64,000 nt of DNA from a virus (IMGVR_UViG_3300031885_000006:1-64000), one strand, 5' to 3'; counted from the first letter of the stretch, positions 17,564 to 27,618 are shown. Notes: a model not told the origin generated them from the letters alone. Program-made: numbers and translations.

Positions 17564-17650
17564 TTTATCTGTTCCTTATGTAAGTTTATTCCCGTGAGGG
17601 ACGAGTTTTGAATAATCACTCTTGGGCAAAAGCAATTATCCGGTAAAACC

Positions 17651-17678
17651 ATTATACGCCAAAAATATCATTTGTAAA
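17651..17678 (-). promoter_or_regulatory. promoter TTTACA-N16-TATAAT for the TROVE operon
   Basis: recurrent motif. Confidence 0.7.
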
Positions 17679-17691
17679 GTTGAAGAGAAAA

Positions 17692-17961
17692 TTATTCTGT
17701 AATTTCTTCAACACATACAGTTATATTGGAGGCACGATTGACGATTTCATCTCTGCGAGCGTCCATTGCCGAAACAATTTGAGTTTCTACAGATTTCACC
17801 ACAAAAGAACGATTGGTGGTGGCTTCGACACGAAAAGGAATCGCACCAATACAATTCAAAATCTCACCAACATACGGAACCCTATCATCTGAATAAACAA
17901 ATTCAAGCCGACCATCAAGTTGGATTTCAATGTCAAATTTAAATTGATTCATAAGGGACAC
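17692..17961 (-). CDS. hypothetical protein
   Basis: ORF track. Confidence 0.55.
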   Translation of the reverse strand: MSLMNQFKFDIEIQLDGRLEFVYSDDRVPYVGEILNCIGAIPFRVEATTNRSFVVKSVETQIVSAMDARRDEIVNRASNITVCVEEITE

Positions 17962-17967
17962 ACATAA

Positions 17968-20115
17968 TTAAGAAAGGTTCAGGATTTTTTTCAACTCATC
18001 GACCGAAATCAACGAAATTCCTAGCTTTTTGGCTTTTTCCGCCTTTGAACCGGCATCGACGCCTTCGACCACGAAATTCGTCGTTTTTGACACACTAGAA
18101 CCGCATTTTCCGCCCTGTTCTTCGATCAAACCCTCATAAAACTTCTTCCCCTTATCAAATCCACCTGTCAGCACGAAATTCTGCCCGGTAAGTGGACCCG
18201 TTTTAGGCAACTCAGGTTCGATAAATTTTAGCAATTCTTTGATGCCCGGCTCATGGCTGGTCAGGTATTCATTGACCAGCATAGCTGTTTTAATGCCTAC
18301 GCCTTCAACGGCTGCTAATTGTTCGTCGCTGGCAGCCATAATTTTATCTAAGCTACCAAAATGATCGACCAATGCTTTGCCCGCACTTTTTCCGGCGCTT
18401 TCAATTCCAAAAGCGGCAAATAGTCGCCACAACGGAACAACCTTTTTATTCTTTTGTGCTTTGACGATAGCTTTCTGCAAATCATCGTCTTCCATCTGAT
18501 CGGGGCTATCGATCATATGAATTCCAGCTACAGCTAGCATGCCTTCTCGTTCTGAGAGGCCAGAATGGCGACATTGCTGAACAGTTAGTTTATAAAAATC
18601 AGCAAAATGTTTAATCCATCCACCAGCAACCAAATCAGCCACTGTGGATTCTCCCAATCCCAAAACACCAATTGTTTTAAGAAAGTGTAAAAGTCTGCTG
18701 ATATTTTTAGCCGGGCAGTCGTCGTTAATGCACATCAACTCATACATATCGCCACCCGATGTTGGCGTATGTTTAACATGCGTTTTTTCGCCACAGGATG
18801 GACAACTGCGTGGGTAATTAATTTCTTCAACCTGAAGATAATCGACTTCTCCACCCGCAACACCGACAACTTTGGGGATAATTTTGCCAGCTTTTAGAAC
18901 AATAATTTTCGTTCCAACTGCAATTTTATTTCTAAAAATGAAGCCAACATTATGCAAAGTTGCTCGACGAACTTGGGTGCCTGCCAAGGGGACCGCATCA
19001 AAAATAGCAACAGGTTTAATTGCCCCTGTACGGCCTGTGTTCCACTCAATAGAAGAAACTACAGGGTTGGCTCGTTCTTCAGCGAATTTCCAGGCAATCT
19101 TTCCTTTTGGAGTACCAGTTTTGGGATCTCCGCTACGTCCCAATTGTTCTTGATCTTCTAGATTATTGACGCCGATTACAACGCCATCGACTTCATAATC
19201 CAGATTAGCAACATTCGCCTCCATTTCGGCTAAATCATAGAAATTGAATTCTTTAATTTGCACAAAGGGGATGCCCAATTCTTTATTGCAGAATTTGGCA
19301 CGCTCAATTTCAGTTTTATAAGGCGGGCTATCAATTCCTTCAACGGAATAACCAATAAAACTAAGTCGTTGGTCTTTAACTTTAGCGGGCTCTTTAAACT
19401 GACGAATTCCACCTGCGGTGTGGTTGCGAGGATTGGCACGAAGTTGTTCGCCCAATGATGCCAATTCCTGTTGAACCTTATTGAAATCTGATAACTTGCA
19501 AATCAATTCACCACGAATTGAGCATGTGATCGGCAACTTCAATTCTTCAGGAATATCATGAACATATTTTACTTGTTCGGTAACATCTTCACCGTGAACG
19601 CCATCTTTTGGCCGTAGCCCGGCTTTAACCAATTTGCCTTTTTCGTAATACAAGCCTAGAGCAACGCCATCAAGTTTGTAACTTTGATAAAACGTATTTC
19701 TTGGATAGGTGACAACTTCGTTGTTGAAGGTACGTTCTTTTTGTTGAACGCCATCAATTTCTTTGGCAGCCAAATCAAAAACTTTATTTTTACCATCCAA
19801 TTCAACGGTGCAATCGTTCAGCCACTTAAAAAGCTGCTCTTCTTGGACATCAAGATCTTCGTGACTTGCTTTAGCAATACTGGTGAGGGGCGGATGATGC
19901 TTCATCTTTTTGACGGCACTACTGGCCTTGGATGCCGTCACGGTATCGAACAATTTGGCATTTGGATTCAAAGCCTTCAATGCTCGACGCATCGAATCAT
20001 ATTCACCATCACTAACGATTTCACCCGTATCTGGATGAGTACAATCATCACCCACTTCATAAAGTGTGTCTAGGTGAGCGATAACACGTTCTAATAATTG
20101 AGCTTGAGTTTCCAT
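17968..20115 (-). CDS. ligA: NAD-dependent DNA ligase
   Basis: KLDG, RGE, ANPRN, DGVV, Zn finger, HhH, BRCT; start moved to the ATG after the GGAG RBS. Confidence 0.95.
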   Translation of the reverse strand: METQAQLLERVIAHLDTLYEVGDDCTHPDTGEIVSDGEYDSMRRALKALNPNAKLFDTVTASKASSAVKKMKHHPPLTSIAKASHEDLDVQEEQLFKWLNDCTVELDGKNKVFDLAAKEIDGVQQKERTFNNEVVTYPRNTFYQSYKLDGVALGLYYEKGKLVKAGLRPKDGVHGEDVTEQVKYVHDIPEELKLPITCSIRGELICKLSDFNKVQQELASLGEQLRANPRNHTAGGIRQFKEPAKVKDQRLSFIGYSVEGIDSPPYKTEIERAKFCNKELGIPFVQIKEFNFYDLAEMEANVANLDYEVDGVVIGVNNLEDQEQLGRSGDPKTGTPKGKIAWKFAEERANPVVSSIEWNTGRTGAIKPVAIFDAVPLAGTQVRRATLHNVGFIFRNKIAVGTKIIVLKAGKIIPKVVGVAGGEVDYLQVEEINYPRSCPSCGEKTHVKHTPTSGGDMYELMCINDDCPAKNISRLLHFLKTIGVLGLGESTVADLVAGGWIKHFADFYKLTVQQCRHSGLSEREGMLAVAGIHMIDSPDQMEDDDLQKAIVKAQKNKKVVPLWRLFAAFGIESAGKSAGKALVDHFGSLDKIMAASDEQLAAVEGVGIKTAMLVNEYLTSHEPGIKELLKFIEPELPKTGPLTGQNFVLTGGFDKGKKFYEGLIEEQGGKCGSSVSKTTNFVVEGVDAGSKAEKAKKLGISLISVDELKKILNLS

Positions 20116-20299
20116 GTTTATTCTCCTACTAGACGGCATCGCCATGCTTCGACGATAGAATCGTCTTCCTCAAAAGAAAAAGCTGGCTTCCCCAGGGGGT
20201 GTTCCACCACGTCTTTTACGGTGTTGGCTTTATAACTAGATTTAAAAGGTTTGCCGGAAATCTTGACTACTTTTTTACCAATATATTCTTCAAACATAA

Positions 20300-20650
20300 T
20301 TAGGCATCCATAAGGTTGTGATTCGTCAATTTCTCGACGAACCTAATTGCGTACTTCCAGCCTTTATCATCTGGAGTGAAGCGGGCAATCGGATAAACGT
20401 AGTTTTCTTTTTCATCACCAAAATGTGGATCTAGATTTTTTTGTTTGACCAGATCTACAAATTTAGCTTCATAGACCAGAATTTTCATGCCATTGTGATT
20501 TTTGCAATCAGGGTATCGCAGTTTCAAGATGGCGAAGCCACCATGCTCAAAACAATCGACTAGATCCCACTTGGTGGGATCGGGAACTGATTCATTTTTA
20601 TAGACAATCTGGTATTCTACATCCCTGTGTCTGCTGCCGTAGATGCCCAT
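20300..20650 (-). CDS. hypothetical protein
   Basis: ORF track. Confidence 0.6.
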   Translation of the reverse strand: MGIYGSRHRDVEYQIVYKNESVPDPTKWDLVDCFEHGGFAILKLRYPDCKNHNGMKILVYEAKFVDLVKQKNLDPHFGDEKENYVYPIARFTPDDKGWKYAIRFVEKLTNHNLMDA

Positions 20651-20871
20651 TATTTCATCCTAAATGTAATGCGACCTTGAGTAAGATCATATGGTGACAC
20701 TTCAACCTTTACTTTATCGCCGGGTACAACCCGAATAAAATTCTTTCTGATGCTGCCTGCTAAACGGCACAACAAAACCAATTCTGAGTCATCGACTTTG
20801 ACTCTGAATGCACCTTTGACAGCCTCAAGCACTGTGCCCTGAAGTTCTATCGGGGCTTCTTTTTCCTTCAT
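20650..20871 (-). CDS. infA: translation initiation factor IF-1
   Basis: GxIRKNFIRVVPGDKVKVEVSPYDLTQGRITFR. Confidence 0.95.
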   Translation of the reverse strand: MKEKEAPIELQGTVLEAVKGAFRVKVDDSELVLLCRLAGSIRKNFIRVVPGDKVKVEVSPYDLTQGRITFRMK

Positions 20872-20884
20872 TTGCTCTCCTAAA

Positions 20885-20912
20885 AGTATACTACGATTTT
20901 AAAACTTGTGAA
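20885..20912 (-). promoter_or_regulatory. promoter TTCACA-N16-TATACT
   Basis: recurrent motif upstream of infA. Confidence 0.6.
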
Positions 20913-20913
20913 C

Positions 20914-21135
20914 TTATTCTTCGTGAAGTTCAACCATGACTGTTCTGGAGATATCTCCAGATCCATTCCAACCATAAAGATATTTTTTATTATGCCACTT
21001 AAAAGTCACCCAGCTTTTAGACAACTCTTTAATTTCGGTTGAATTTGGCGGAAGTTCCTGTTGCCATTGCAACAAACGACCTTCTGGAGTCGTACAGCCA
21101 CAGAGCAACAAGCTAATTAGAAATAGCTTTTTCAT
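20914..21135 (-). CDS. small lipoprotein
   Basis: signal peptide with lipobox-like LCGC. Confidence 0.6.
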   Translation of the reverse strand: MKKLFLISLLLCGCTTPEGRLLQWQQELPPNSTEIKELSKSWVTFKWHNKKYLYGWNGSGDISRTVMVELHEE

Positions 21136-21779
21136 TGATGATGATCTCCTGTAGTGTGACCGGGTCTGTCCTTCAATATGTCTATGACTTCTTCTAACGC
21201 AAATGGCCGATAAGCTCCCAACAATTTGGCGGCATTATCAACGCCAATATCCATTGAACGCCGACCGGGCATGATTTTATCAGCCCATCGTTCAGCAGTG
21301 CTATGGCTATGAGCATAGCACAGGATCGCTTTATGATGATGCTTATTCCAAATAGCCCCACAATAATGATCAAATACAAAGAATTGATTATTATATGTGG
21401 TAAACGCTCTATGCCCATTCGTCTCAAATATCGAAGGCATATCATCATAAAAGTCATGATTGCCAAAAATCTGATGGACTCGCCTGCAATTAATCCGATC
21501 CCTAAATCTTTTTACTGTTTTGTAATAATCGTATTTAGCACCAAAGCAAAAGTCACCAACATGATAAAGTTCATCATCTTCTCCAACTAGCTTGTTGATT
21601 TCATCAAAAAGGTAGTCATTCATCCGTTCAACGGACTCACGACTAACCCTAAAATCAACTCCTTCATCTAGTTGCTTTTGTTCTTTTTCATTCAACCCAG
21701 GACGCCGACAATACTTCATGATGTTCGCATGATTTATGTGAAGATCTGAAGTTACGAATTTTCTTCTTTCTTTTTTCAT
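21132..21779 (-). CDS. calcineurin-like metallophosphoesterase
   Basis: DLH, GD, GNHD, HSH motifs. Confidence 0.85.
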   Translation of the reverse strand: MKKERRKFVTSDLHINHANIMKYCRRPGLNEKEQKQLDEGVDFRVSRESVERMNDYLFDEINKLVGEDDELYHVGDFCFGAKYDYYKTVKRFRDRINCRRVHQIFGNHDFYDDMPSIFETNGHRAFTTYNNQFFVFDHYCGAIWNKHHHKAILCYAHSHSTAERWADKIMPGRRSMDIGVDNAAKLLGAYRPFALEEVIDILKDRPGHTTGDHHQ

Positions 21780-21786
21780 GCAGCAT

Positions 21787-21814
21787 ATTCTACCACATAA
21801 ATTCGATTTGTAAA
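21787..21814 (-). promoter_or_regulatory. promoter TTTACA-N16-TAGAAT
   Basis: recurrent motif; ATG follows after 7 nt (likely leaderless). Confidence 0.6.
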
Positions 21815-21819
21815 CTAGA

Positions 21820-21854
21820 AAAAGCTCCTTTAACGCAAGGCTAAAGGAGCTTTT
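21820..21854. terminator. intrinsic terminator
   Basis: AAAAGCTCCTTTA..TAAAGGAGCTTTT. Confidence 0.75.
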
Positions 21855-21894
21855 ATGTTGCTTCCCAATTAATTGAAATCACCCCCTTCAGAGT

Positions 21895-22212
21895 TTAAGT
21901 GGAAGCAAATTCATCGATGACTTTTTGAATCGCAGCTTCACTTTGCAGCCCGATTAGTGTTTTGACCACAGTGCCATCTTTAAAAAACAACATTGTGGGC
22001 AAAGATGCTATTTGATATTGCGTTGCAATGCCGACACTATCATCAGTATTGAGTTTGAGCAATTTGAATTTATCGCCATTTGATGCAACCAATCTTTCTA
22101 GCAATGGTGTCAATGCTCGACAAGGCCCGCACCAGGGAGCAAAAAAATCGACTAAAACTAGGCCGGTGGCCTGCATTACTTCTTGATCCCAATCTTCTTC
22201 ATTTATATTCAT
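21895..22212 (-). CDS. trxA: thioredoxin
   Basis: WCGPC. Confidence 0.95.
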   Translation of the reverse strand: MNINEEDWDQEVMQATGLVLVDFFAPWCGPCRALTPLLERLVASNGDKFKLLKLNTDDSVGIATQYQIASLPTMLFFKDGTVVKTLIGLQSEAAIQKVIDEFAST

Positions 22213-22215
22213 AAT

Positions 22216-22836
22216 TTAATTCCAAATAGTTCCCAAGCCAATCAGTGTTGGCTCAATGGTTGAGTTGTTAGGACGGACTAATTTAACACGTATATCATCA
22301 GTCATTTTGTTTATGAATGATTCTCGCCAACCGTGGCGGTCTGTCACATAAATTCCACTGCCATTAATAAATCTAGTATAGCCAAACAAAAATCTTTTTA
22401 CAGCATTTTGTGTTTCTTTTGCATACACATCTGAAAACAGGGCTTCTTCATAATTATCTAAATCTTGACGATATTCAAATCCACATCTCAAAAGTATGGT
22501 CAATAAAGACCTACGCATAGGGCATTCCTTCCAAAAGTCTGAAGGACTGACCCATAAAGCGTATGGCATATTGGTTTTACTAAATTTGGAACGTGGCAAT
22601 GTTTTATGAGAAGCCCCCAGCACATCCTCTGTTTTGACTAAAAAGGCGGCGACGTTTTCTCCACATGCATTGGGATGCGAGAAAAAAAAGCCCTCTGTGT
22701 TTTCAGTGAAAATTTTGGCAAATTGCTCTCTGCACTTTCGCCAATCTAATGGTCCTTGTAAAGAAAAAGACCCTAAAATTGGCTCAGATGGAGATAAATT
22801 ATCGACAATTTTGGGTTCCCCAAATTCAACACTCAT
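22216..22836 (-). CDS. hypothetical, paralog of 55794-56399
   Basis: W..CR; MRRSLLTILLRCG; RFLxGYTR. Confidence 0.7.
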   Translation of the reverse strand: MSVEFGEPKIVDNLSPSEPILGSFSLQGPLDWRKCREQFAKIFTENTEGFFFSHPNACGENVAAFLVKTEDVLGASHKTLPRSKFSKTNMPYALWVSPSDFWKECPMRRSLLTILLRCGFEYRQDLDNYEEALFSDVYAKETQNAVKRFLFGYTRFINGSGIYVTDRHGWRESFINKMTDDIRVKLVRPNNSTIEPTLIGLGTIWN

Positions 22837-22889
22837 GCGAAATCTCCTTCAGCATGATAAGTATAATTAATTTGCGTTTTAAAGCAACA

Positions 22890-23714
22890 TCAAAAATACA
22901 AAACTTTATTGCTGTGAAGGTCTGAACACTCTTTCTTTTTAAAGGTGATGTTTTGACGAAGAATGGCATCCTTCATTTGTGGAACATATTTACGAACTCT
23001 TTGTGCATGGCCATTAACGGGGGTGGGAGAAATTATAGTATAGGTTTTGGGTTCTTTGTTTTTTATTCTGATATTTAAATTCAAAACTTTGAATACGCCA
23101 TCCAGTTCATTTGTATCAAATACAATCTTGCCAGCTTGATGCGTGCCTTTATCCAGATGACTTGCATTAGGACAATAAAAATTATAATGATGCTCGAATG
23201 TTGTACGGCATTCAAATAAATCTGCCCAGTTCCAAATATTCGAACTATATTTTGTGTAATCACGAAAATTATATTTTATGCCAGACTGCCCAGAAATAAT
23301 GGTATGGTCCCACTTGCCCTGAAAAGCAGAATCGAAAATGACTATTTTCAACAATGTATTTGGATCTACATTTATAACATTTGTATCTGGATTGATGATC
23401 GTCATTATTGATCGGGTATCATTTTCCAAAAACACACATAAGCTGCCACATTTATTTTCTGTAAATACCAACACTTCGCCCAAATGCAATCTGGTATGCG
23501 GGCGACGGGATAAATCGAACTTTTGATGAAAATGAAAGGTAGCATGATCATCACTCCGATCTACCCTATAAGCATGAAAAAAATGACTATTGCATTTAAC
23601 ATCTGCATGTCGGCCATGTAGCGTTACAACAAATCCTTGGTTTGGATGCAAAGGCACTAAATGACCTACGCCAGGATTCACAACTCTAACAGGCTCATAT
23701 TTTTTAATATCCAT
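22890..23714 (-). CDS. hypothetical protein
   Basis: 274-aa ORF. Confidence 0.6.
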   Translation of the reverse strand: MDIKKYEPVRVVNPGVGHLVPLHPNQGFVVTLHGRHADVKCNSHFFHAYRVDRSDDHATFHFHQKFDLSRRPHTRLHLGEVLVFTENKCGSLCVFLENDTRSIMTIINPDTNVINVDPNTLLKIVIFDSAFQGKWDHTIISGQSGIKYNFRDYTKYSSNIWNWADLFECRTTFEHHYNFYCPNASHLDKGTHQAGKIVFDTNELDGVFKVLNLNIRIKNKEPKTYTIISPTPVNGHAQRVRKYVPQMKDAILRQNITFKKKECSDLHSNKVLYF

Positions 23715-24285
23715 TTTTTTTAATTAATTCAACCAACCAATGACAATAATTTTTAGAATATATGTTTAACAAAGAATTCCATTGTTTGAAAAATGAATAA
23801 TGCCCACTAGCAGACTTCATAGTTTTTTGATAACTAGAAAATCTTGCTTCCACAGAAGAGTTGAAATTCAAACTCTCAAAAAGCAAAGGTTCTAAATAAT
23901 CAAAATTTCTAGCAAAATAGGTGTCATGACAAAAAATGAAAATTTCCCAAGCGGCCAACACCATCTCTTTGTGACCAGAAATCACTGTAGATCTCTTTTG
24001 TTGATACGTCCAATCATACAAGAAATCTTCATAGGCATCCCAATTCAACTCTATTTCTGGAGAAACTAGATTGTCTTCAATTAAATTGCCATCATGCACA
24101 GGAGTGTAAACATTAAAGCAATAACGACCTGGACTGCGGTCTTTTTCTTTCCAGTTAAAACGCACAATCTCCCAATTAAAGCCAATGCCGGTAGGTTTCT
24201 TTAAGAACAAGTAACCTACCGACACATACTTCACTAGAGACATCCCAATGTCATGCCTCTGAAGATATTCTTCGTATATTTGCAT
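23704..24285 (-). CDS. hypothetical protein
   Basis: ORF track. Confidence 0.6.
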   Translation of the reverse strand: MQIYEEYLQRHDIGMSLVKYVSVGYLFLKKPTGIGFNWEIVRFNWKEKDRSPGRYCFNVYTPVHDGNLIEDNLVSPEIELNWDAYEDFLYDWTYQQKRSTVISGHKEMVLAAWEIFIFCHDTYFARNFDYLEPLLFESLNFNSSVEARFSSYQKTMKSASGHYSFFKQWNSLLNIYSKNYCHWLVELIKKNGY

Positions 24286-24301
24286 TTCAAATTAACTGCA
24301 A

Positions 24302-24841
24302 TTATTGTTTAAAAAGATCGTCTACTTCTTTATCCGATGGACGAGTTGGATTGTCTACTGGGCTTGGCAAAGTGCTATCATCTAGCTTTGCTTTCTTAGC
24401 CAAGGCATCAGGAGTTTTCAATCCAGAAGGTCCAGATTTTTTCTGTGCATTCTGTGGTCCAGCTTGATTATAATTCTTAACAGCGGATGGACCCATTTTT
24501 TTATGATTAGCAACTAATCTTTTATCATATACGACGCCGCCTTTGTAAGCAACCGTATATGGATAATCTTGACCAAAATCTAAAACCAATCTGTCCTCAG
24601 TAGTGCTGACAAAATGAGTTATCACTGGTAAACGGCCATTAATGACTGGAACCACGTATGTTCTTCCATCTATATTGGCATTAACATGCGAGCGAGTCTG
24701 CTGACCGCCTGCAACGTTTACAATTTGCCACACCAATTTAGGCTGTTGAATCACAACCGTATAACTATTTGAATACTCTGTGGCAACAGCACAGTCGCCT
24801 TGGCTTACTAAAGCCGCTACTAACATCAATGCATTAATCAT
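24302..24841 (-). CDS. secreted hypothetical protein
   Basis: signal-peptide-like N-terminus. Confidence 0.6.
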   Translation of the reverse strand: MINALMLVAALVSQGDCAVATEYSNSYTVVIQQPKLVWQIVNVAGGQQTRSHVNANIDGRTYVVPVINGRLPVITHFVSTTEDRLVLDFGQDYPYTVAYKGGVVYDKRLVANHKKMGPSAVKNYNQAGPQNAQKKSGPSGLKTPDALAKKAKLDDSTLPSPVDNPTRPSDKEVDDLFKQ

Positions 24842-25139
24842 TTTTTTTCTCCATTCCTAGATCAAATTTTTCTGTTTGTACTAAATCCCTTGTCGTAACC
24901 CATCTACGATCCACTTCACTCCAAACTACTGGATACTCCTGTGGAAGTGAATCCAATATATCGAACAACTCTACTTCTGAATTCGTTTTTTCTACCGATC
25001 TATGAAAAATCAAAGGGTGGATATACGAATAACTATTCTTTATTTTTTCTAAAAAATCCGGCCTAATTGCCATTTTGTCCTGCTTTATAATCTTTGTATT
25101 TTGCGTAAGCGTAACAAAAAATAACGCCACCAATAACAC
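24834..25139 (-). CDS. hypothetical protein (likely start 25073)
   Basis: ORF track. Confidence 0.55.
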   Translation of the reverse strand: MLLVALFFVTLTQNTKIIKQDKMAIRPDFLEKIKNSYSYIHPLIFHRSVEKTNSEVELFDILDSLPQEYPVVWSEVDRRWVTTRDLVQTEKFDLGMEKKND

Positions 25140-25335
25140 TCATAACTAAACTAGATGACGATAAAACATGTTCGCTTCGCCCCAATATCCAATTTAATAG
25201 ACCGCCTATATAAGAGCCTGCGATACCGATCCCTAATGTTGGGAAAAATCCAATTGGATCGGGGCCTGTATGAATTGCCTTGGCCAAAATCCCTATTATC
25301 AATCCAAATGCCAGCCAAGATAAAACATAAAACAT
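25063..25335 (-). CDS. GlsB/YeaQ/YmgE family (transglycosylase-associated) membrane protein
   Basis: GLIIGILAKAI..GIAGSYIGG..SVIGG. Confidence 0.8.
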   Translation of the reverse strand: MFYVLSWLAFGLIIGILAKAIHTGPDPIGFFPTLGIGIAGSYIGGLLNWILGRSEHVLSSSSLVMSVIGGVIFCYAYAKYKDYKAGQNGN

Positions 25336-26036
25336 TAACCCTCCTTGTGTTCCACTACTAATTTACAAAGTTGCTTAAAATACTCTTGTTCATGATTCCA
25401 CTTCATGACATTTATGTGTTTATGCACCCATTGCACATTTCCTTTTATATATCCCATATTAGAATCAATTCGATCTAAAGATGGAAAATCACCATCTTCA
25501 ACCTTATTTGGAAATGGAATGTCTAGCCCTGTCAAAGCACATTTCCCATTTTGTTTTTCATACAATTCCCAAGCATAATCTATTTCTATTAAAAATGGCA
25601 AAGAACGACTTTTTCTTTTTGCGTTGTTTTTAATCCGTTTCCAACATGTTCCGCTCAATTGTCCGCAACCGCTCCAATTACAATTATTCGAACTCATATT
25701 AAAACAATATTTACACTTTTTGATTCTTTCAACCAACAACCAAGTTTGTCTTATTTTAGACTGATTTCCGCAATCACATTCACACAGCCACATAACTCTA
25801 TTCCAATTACACTTACCATCCTTTTCTATTAATGGCATGATAACAGTCCAATTTTCTATTTTTAAACCTTTTAAATTATCTTTAATTTTTATTCTTGGAG
25901 TGTAACGCCTAATTATCCCTAATTTTTGCAAATGTCTTTGCAGGGTAGTTTTTGGGATATTGTTTAAAACTCCAGATTCCTTTATTGTCAAACCAGATTG
26001 ATAATCTAATACTGCTTTTTCAAAATTTTTATTCAT
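25335..26036 (-). CDS. HNH-type homing endonuclease
   Basis: WLCECDCGN; CALTG; SLDRIDSNMGY..GNVQWV..N. Confidence 0.75.
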   Translation of the reverse strand: MNKNFEKAVLDYQSGLTIKESGVLNNIPKTTLQRHLQKLGIIRRYTPRIKIKDNLKGLKIENWTVIMPLIEKDGKCNWNRVMWLCECDCGNQSKIRQTWLLVERIKKCKYCFNMSSNNCNWSGCGQLSGTCWKRIKNNAKRKSRSLPFLIEIDYAWELYEKQNGKCALTGLDIPFPNKVEDGDFPSLDRIDSNMGYIKGNVQWVHKHINVMKWNHEQEYFKQLCKLVVEHKEG

Positions 26037-26101
26037 AAATTACATAGTCATGAACAAACCATTCTTCCATGAAAGATCCGCCAAATAAAAAACAAAAAAA
26101 A

Positions 26102-27007
26102 TTACTTGTTCTCTATTTGTAGATATGATTCTGGGGTCGTATTTCTCTTAACATCCTCTGCTAAAAATCCAGTAAATCTAGTGAGGGCACCATCAAACTC
26201 TGGCAATTTATTAAATCCCATATAATCGCTTATGTCGTGTTCGTAATTATCGTATTTCAAAAAATAATGGAACTTCTTTTGCCCATACTCTTTACGTATA
26301 AAAAGACACAAAACGGCTGCTTTGGCATCAAATATTTGCTTGTTTTCTGGAGTTAATTTTTTCCATTCGGCCTCTGTAATCGCAAAAAAGTCATGCACAG
26401 ACGGTTTCCAAGCAAGAGTTTTTGGTGCCCCAGCTAACGCCACATTCCTTTTGATTTGTGAGACATTACCATTTAAGACAGACATGCCTCGATATAGCCA
26501 CCAACCCAAATTCAAATTAAATTGAGAATTAAATTCTTTTAAACAAATCATTGTAAGGGCTGAAGGTACGACTTCGGCGGGTCGGCCATCTAAAATCAAC
26601 CACAAATAACTAATGGTTATTTTGCCGTCAACTTCTCTGACTTCGCCATAGGAGCCATTAATGTTGAATAGCTTTTGCATCATTTCTACATTGGGGGCGC
26701 AAAATATACGACATTCTGAGCCAAATTGAATATCTGGCAGGCCCCAACGTTTTAGACACCAAGCTTTTATTTGTTCTATATTATGAAATAAATATTCACC
26801 CTGGTCGAAATCGATAGAATGAATAGTAAAATTTTTAGTTGTCCATCTATTCCAAGCAATTTTTGGAATAGATGGATCAACAGATGGTTGAACTCCACTG
26901 GGAACTGGCAACTGTTCAAAAAAAACTTTTTGCTGTCCCATAGCCGCATTGACAAGGCACAACACAAATAATATGCTGGCGAGGCTCTTTGACCATATAT
27001 TCATCAT
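26102..27007 (-). CDS. secreted hypothetical protein
   Basis: signal peptide; 301-aa ORF. Confidence 0.6.
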   Translation of the reverse strand: MMNIWSKSLASILFVLCLVNAAMGQQKVFFEQLPVPSGVQPSVDPSIPKIAWNRWTTKNFTIHSIDFDQGEYLFHNIEQIKAWCLKRWGLPDIQFGSECRIFCAPNVEMMQKLFNINGSYGEVREVDGKITISYLWLILDGRPAEVVPSALTMICLKEFNSQFNLNLGWWLYRGMSVLNGNVSQIKRNVALAGAPKTLAWKPSVHDFFAITEAEWKKLTPENKQIFDAKAAVLCLFIRKEYGQKKFHYFLKYDNYEHDISDYMGFNKLPEFDGALTRFTGFLAEDVKRNTTPESYLQIENK

Positions 27008-27016
27008 AAAAACTCC

Positions 27017-27529
27017 CTATGCCGCCATTGTCATCTTGACTGTATCTCTTGCAGATTTAAGCACTTGAGATATTCTTGATTCCGAGACACCAATTTTGCA
27101 GCCAATTTCTCTCATAGACATTTCATGCACATAATACATGATTAATATGTTTCTATCAAGATCAGTTAGCTTTTTTGTTGCATCCTCAAAAAAATCATTG
27201 CTATTATTTTCTTTTTGAGGAATAGATTCTGCTAAGCTATTCCCATTTTCGTCAGTTTGATCTAAAGATATTCCATATCGTGAACTAGCTTTACATGCAT
27301 TTCTAACAAAGTCTTTGATTTCTCCGACAATACGCCATCTAGCATAAGTGCCAAAAGAACTCTTAGATGGGTTGTATTTTTGAGCAGCGTCTACCAAGCC
27401 AAAATAAGCCGCCGATTGTATATCATCAATATCAACTTTTTTTGGCAATGATTTTTTCCTTTCAAAAACAATAGATTTAGCCAGTGGAAGATAGTTTTCA
27501 ATAAGTTGATTTCGTTCTGTAATAGTCAT
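27017..27529 (-). CDS. FliA/WhiG-like sigma factor
   Basis: GLVDAA..FGTYARWRIVGEI; IGVSESRISQ. Confidence 0.85.
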   Translation of the reverse strand: MTITERNQLIENYLPLAKSIVFERKKSLPKKVDIDDIQSAAYFGLVDAAQKYNPSKSSFGTYARWRIVGEIKDFVRNACKASSRYGISLDQTDENGNSLAESIPQKENNSNDFFEDATKKLTDLDRNILIMYYVHEMSMREIGCKIGVSESRISQVLKSARDTVKMTMAA

Positions 27530-27618
27530 TATACGTTTTCCTAGTTAATAAAGTTATAAAGTTAAAGAAAGTTAAACACGCAGATACAATCTGCTATAGT
27601 TAATAATAGTATATTTAG

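Noticed and set aside
16613-17611. 332-aa antisense ORF over TROVE
   Set aside because: Shadow ORF of a highly biased coding gene, with no recognisable motifs
24339-24346. Extra GGACGAGT copy of the Y-like motif
   Set aside because: Lies inside a CDS with no partner strand; chance match
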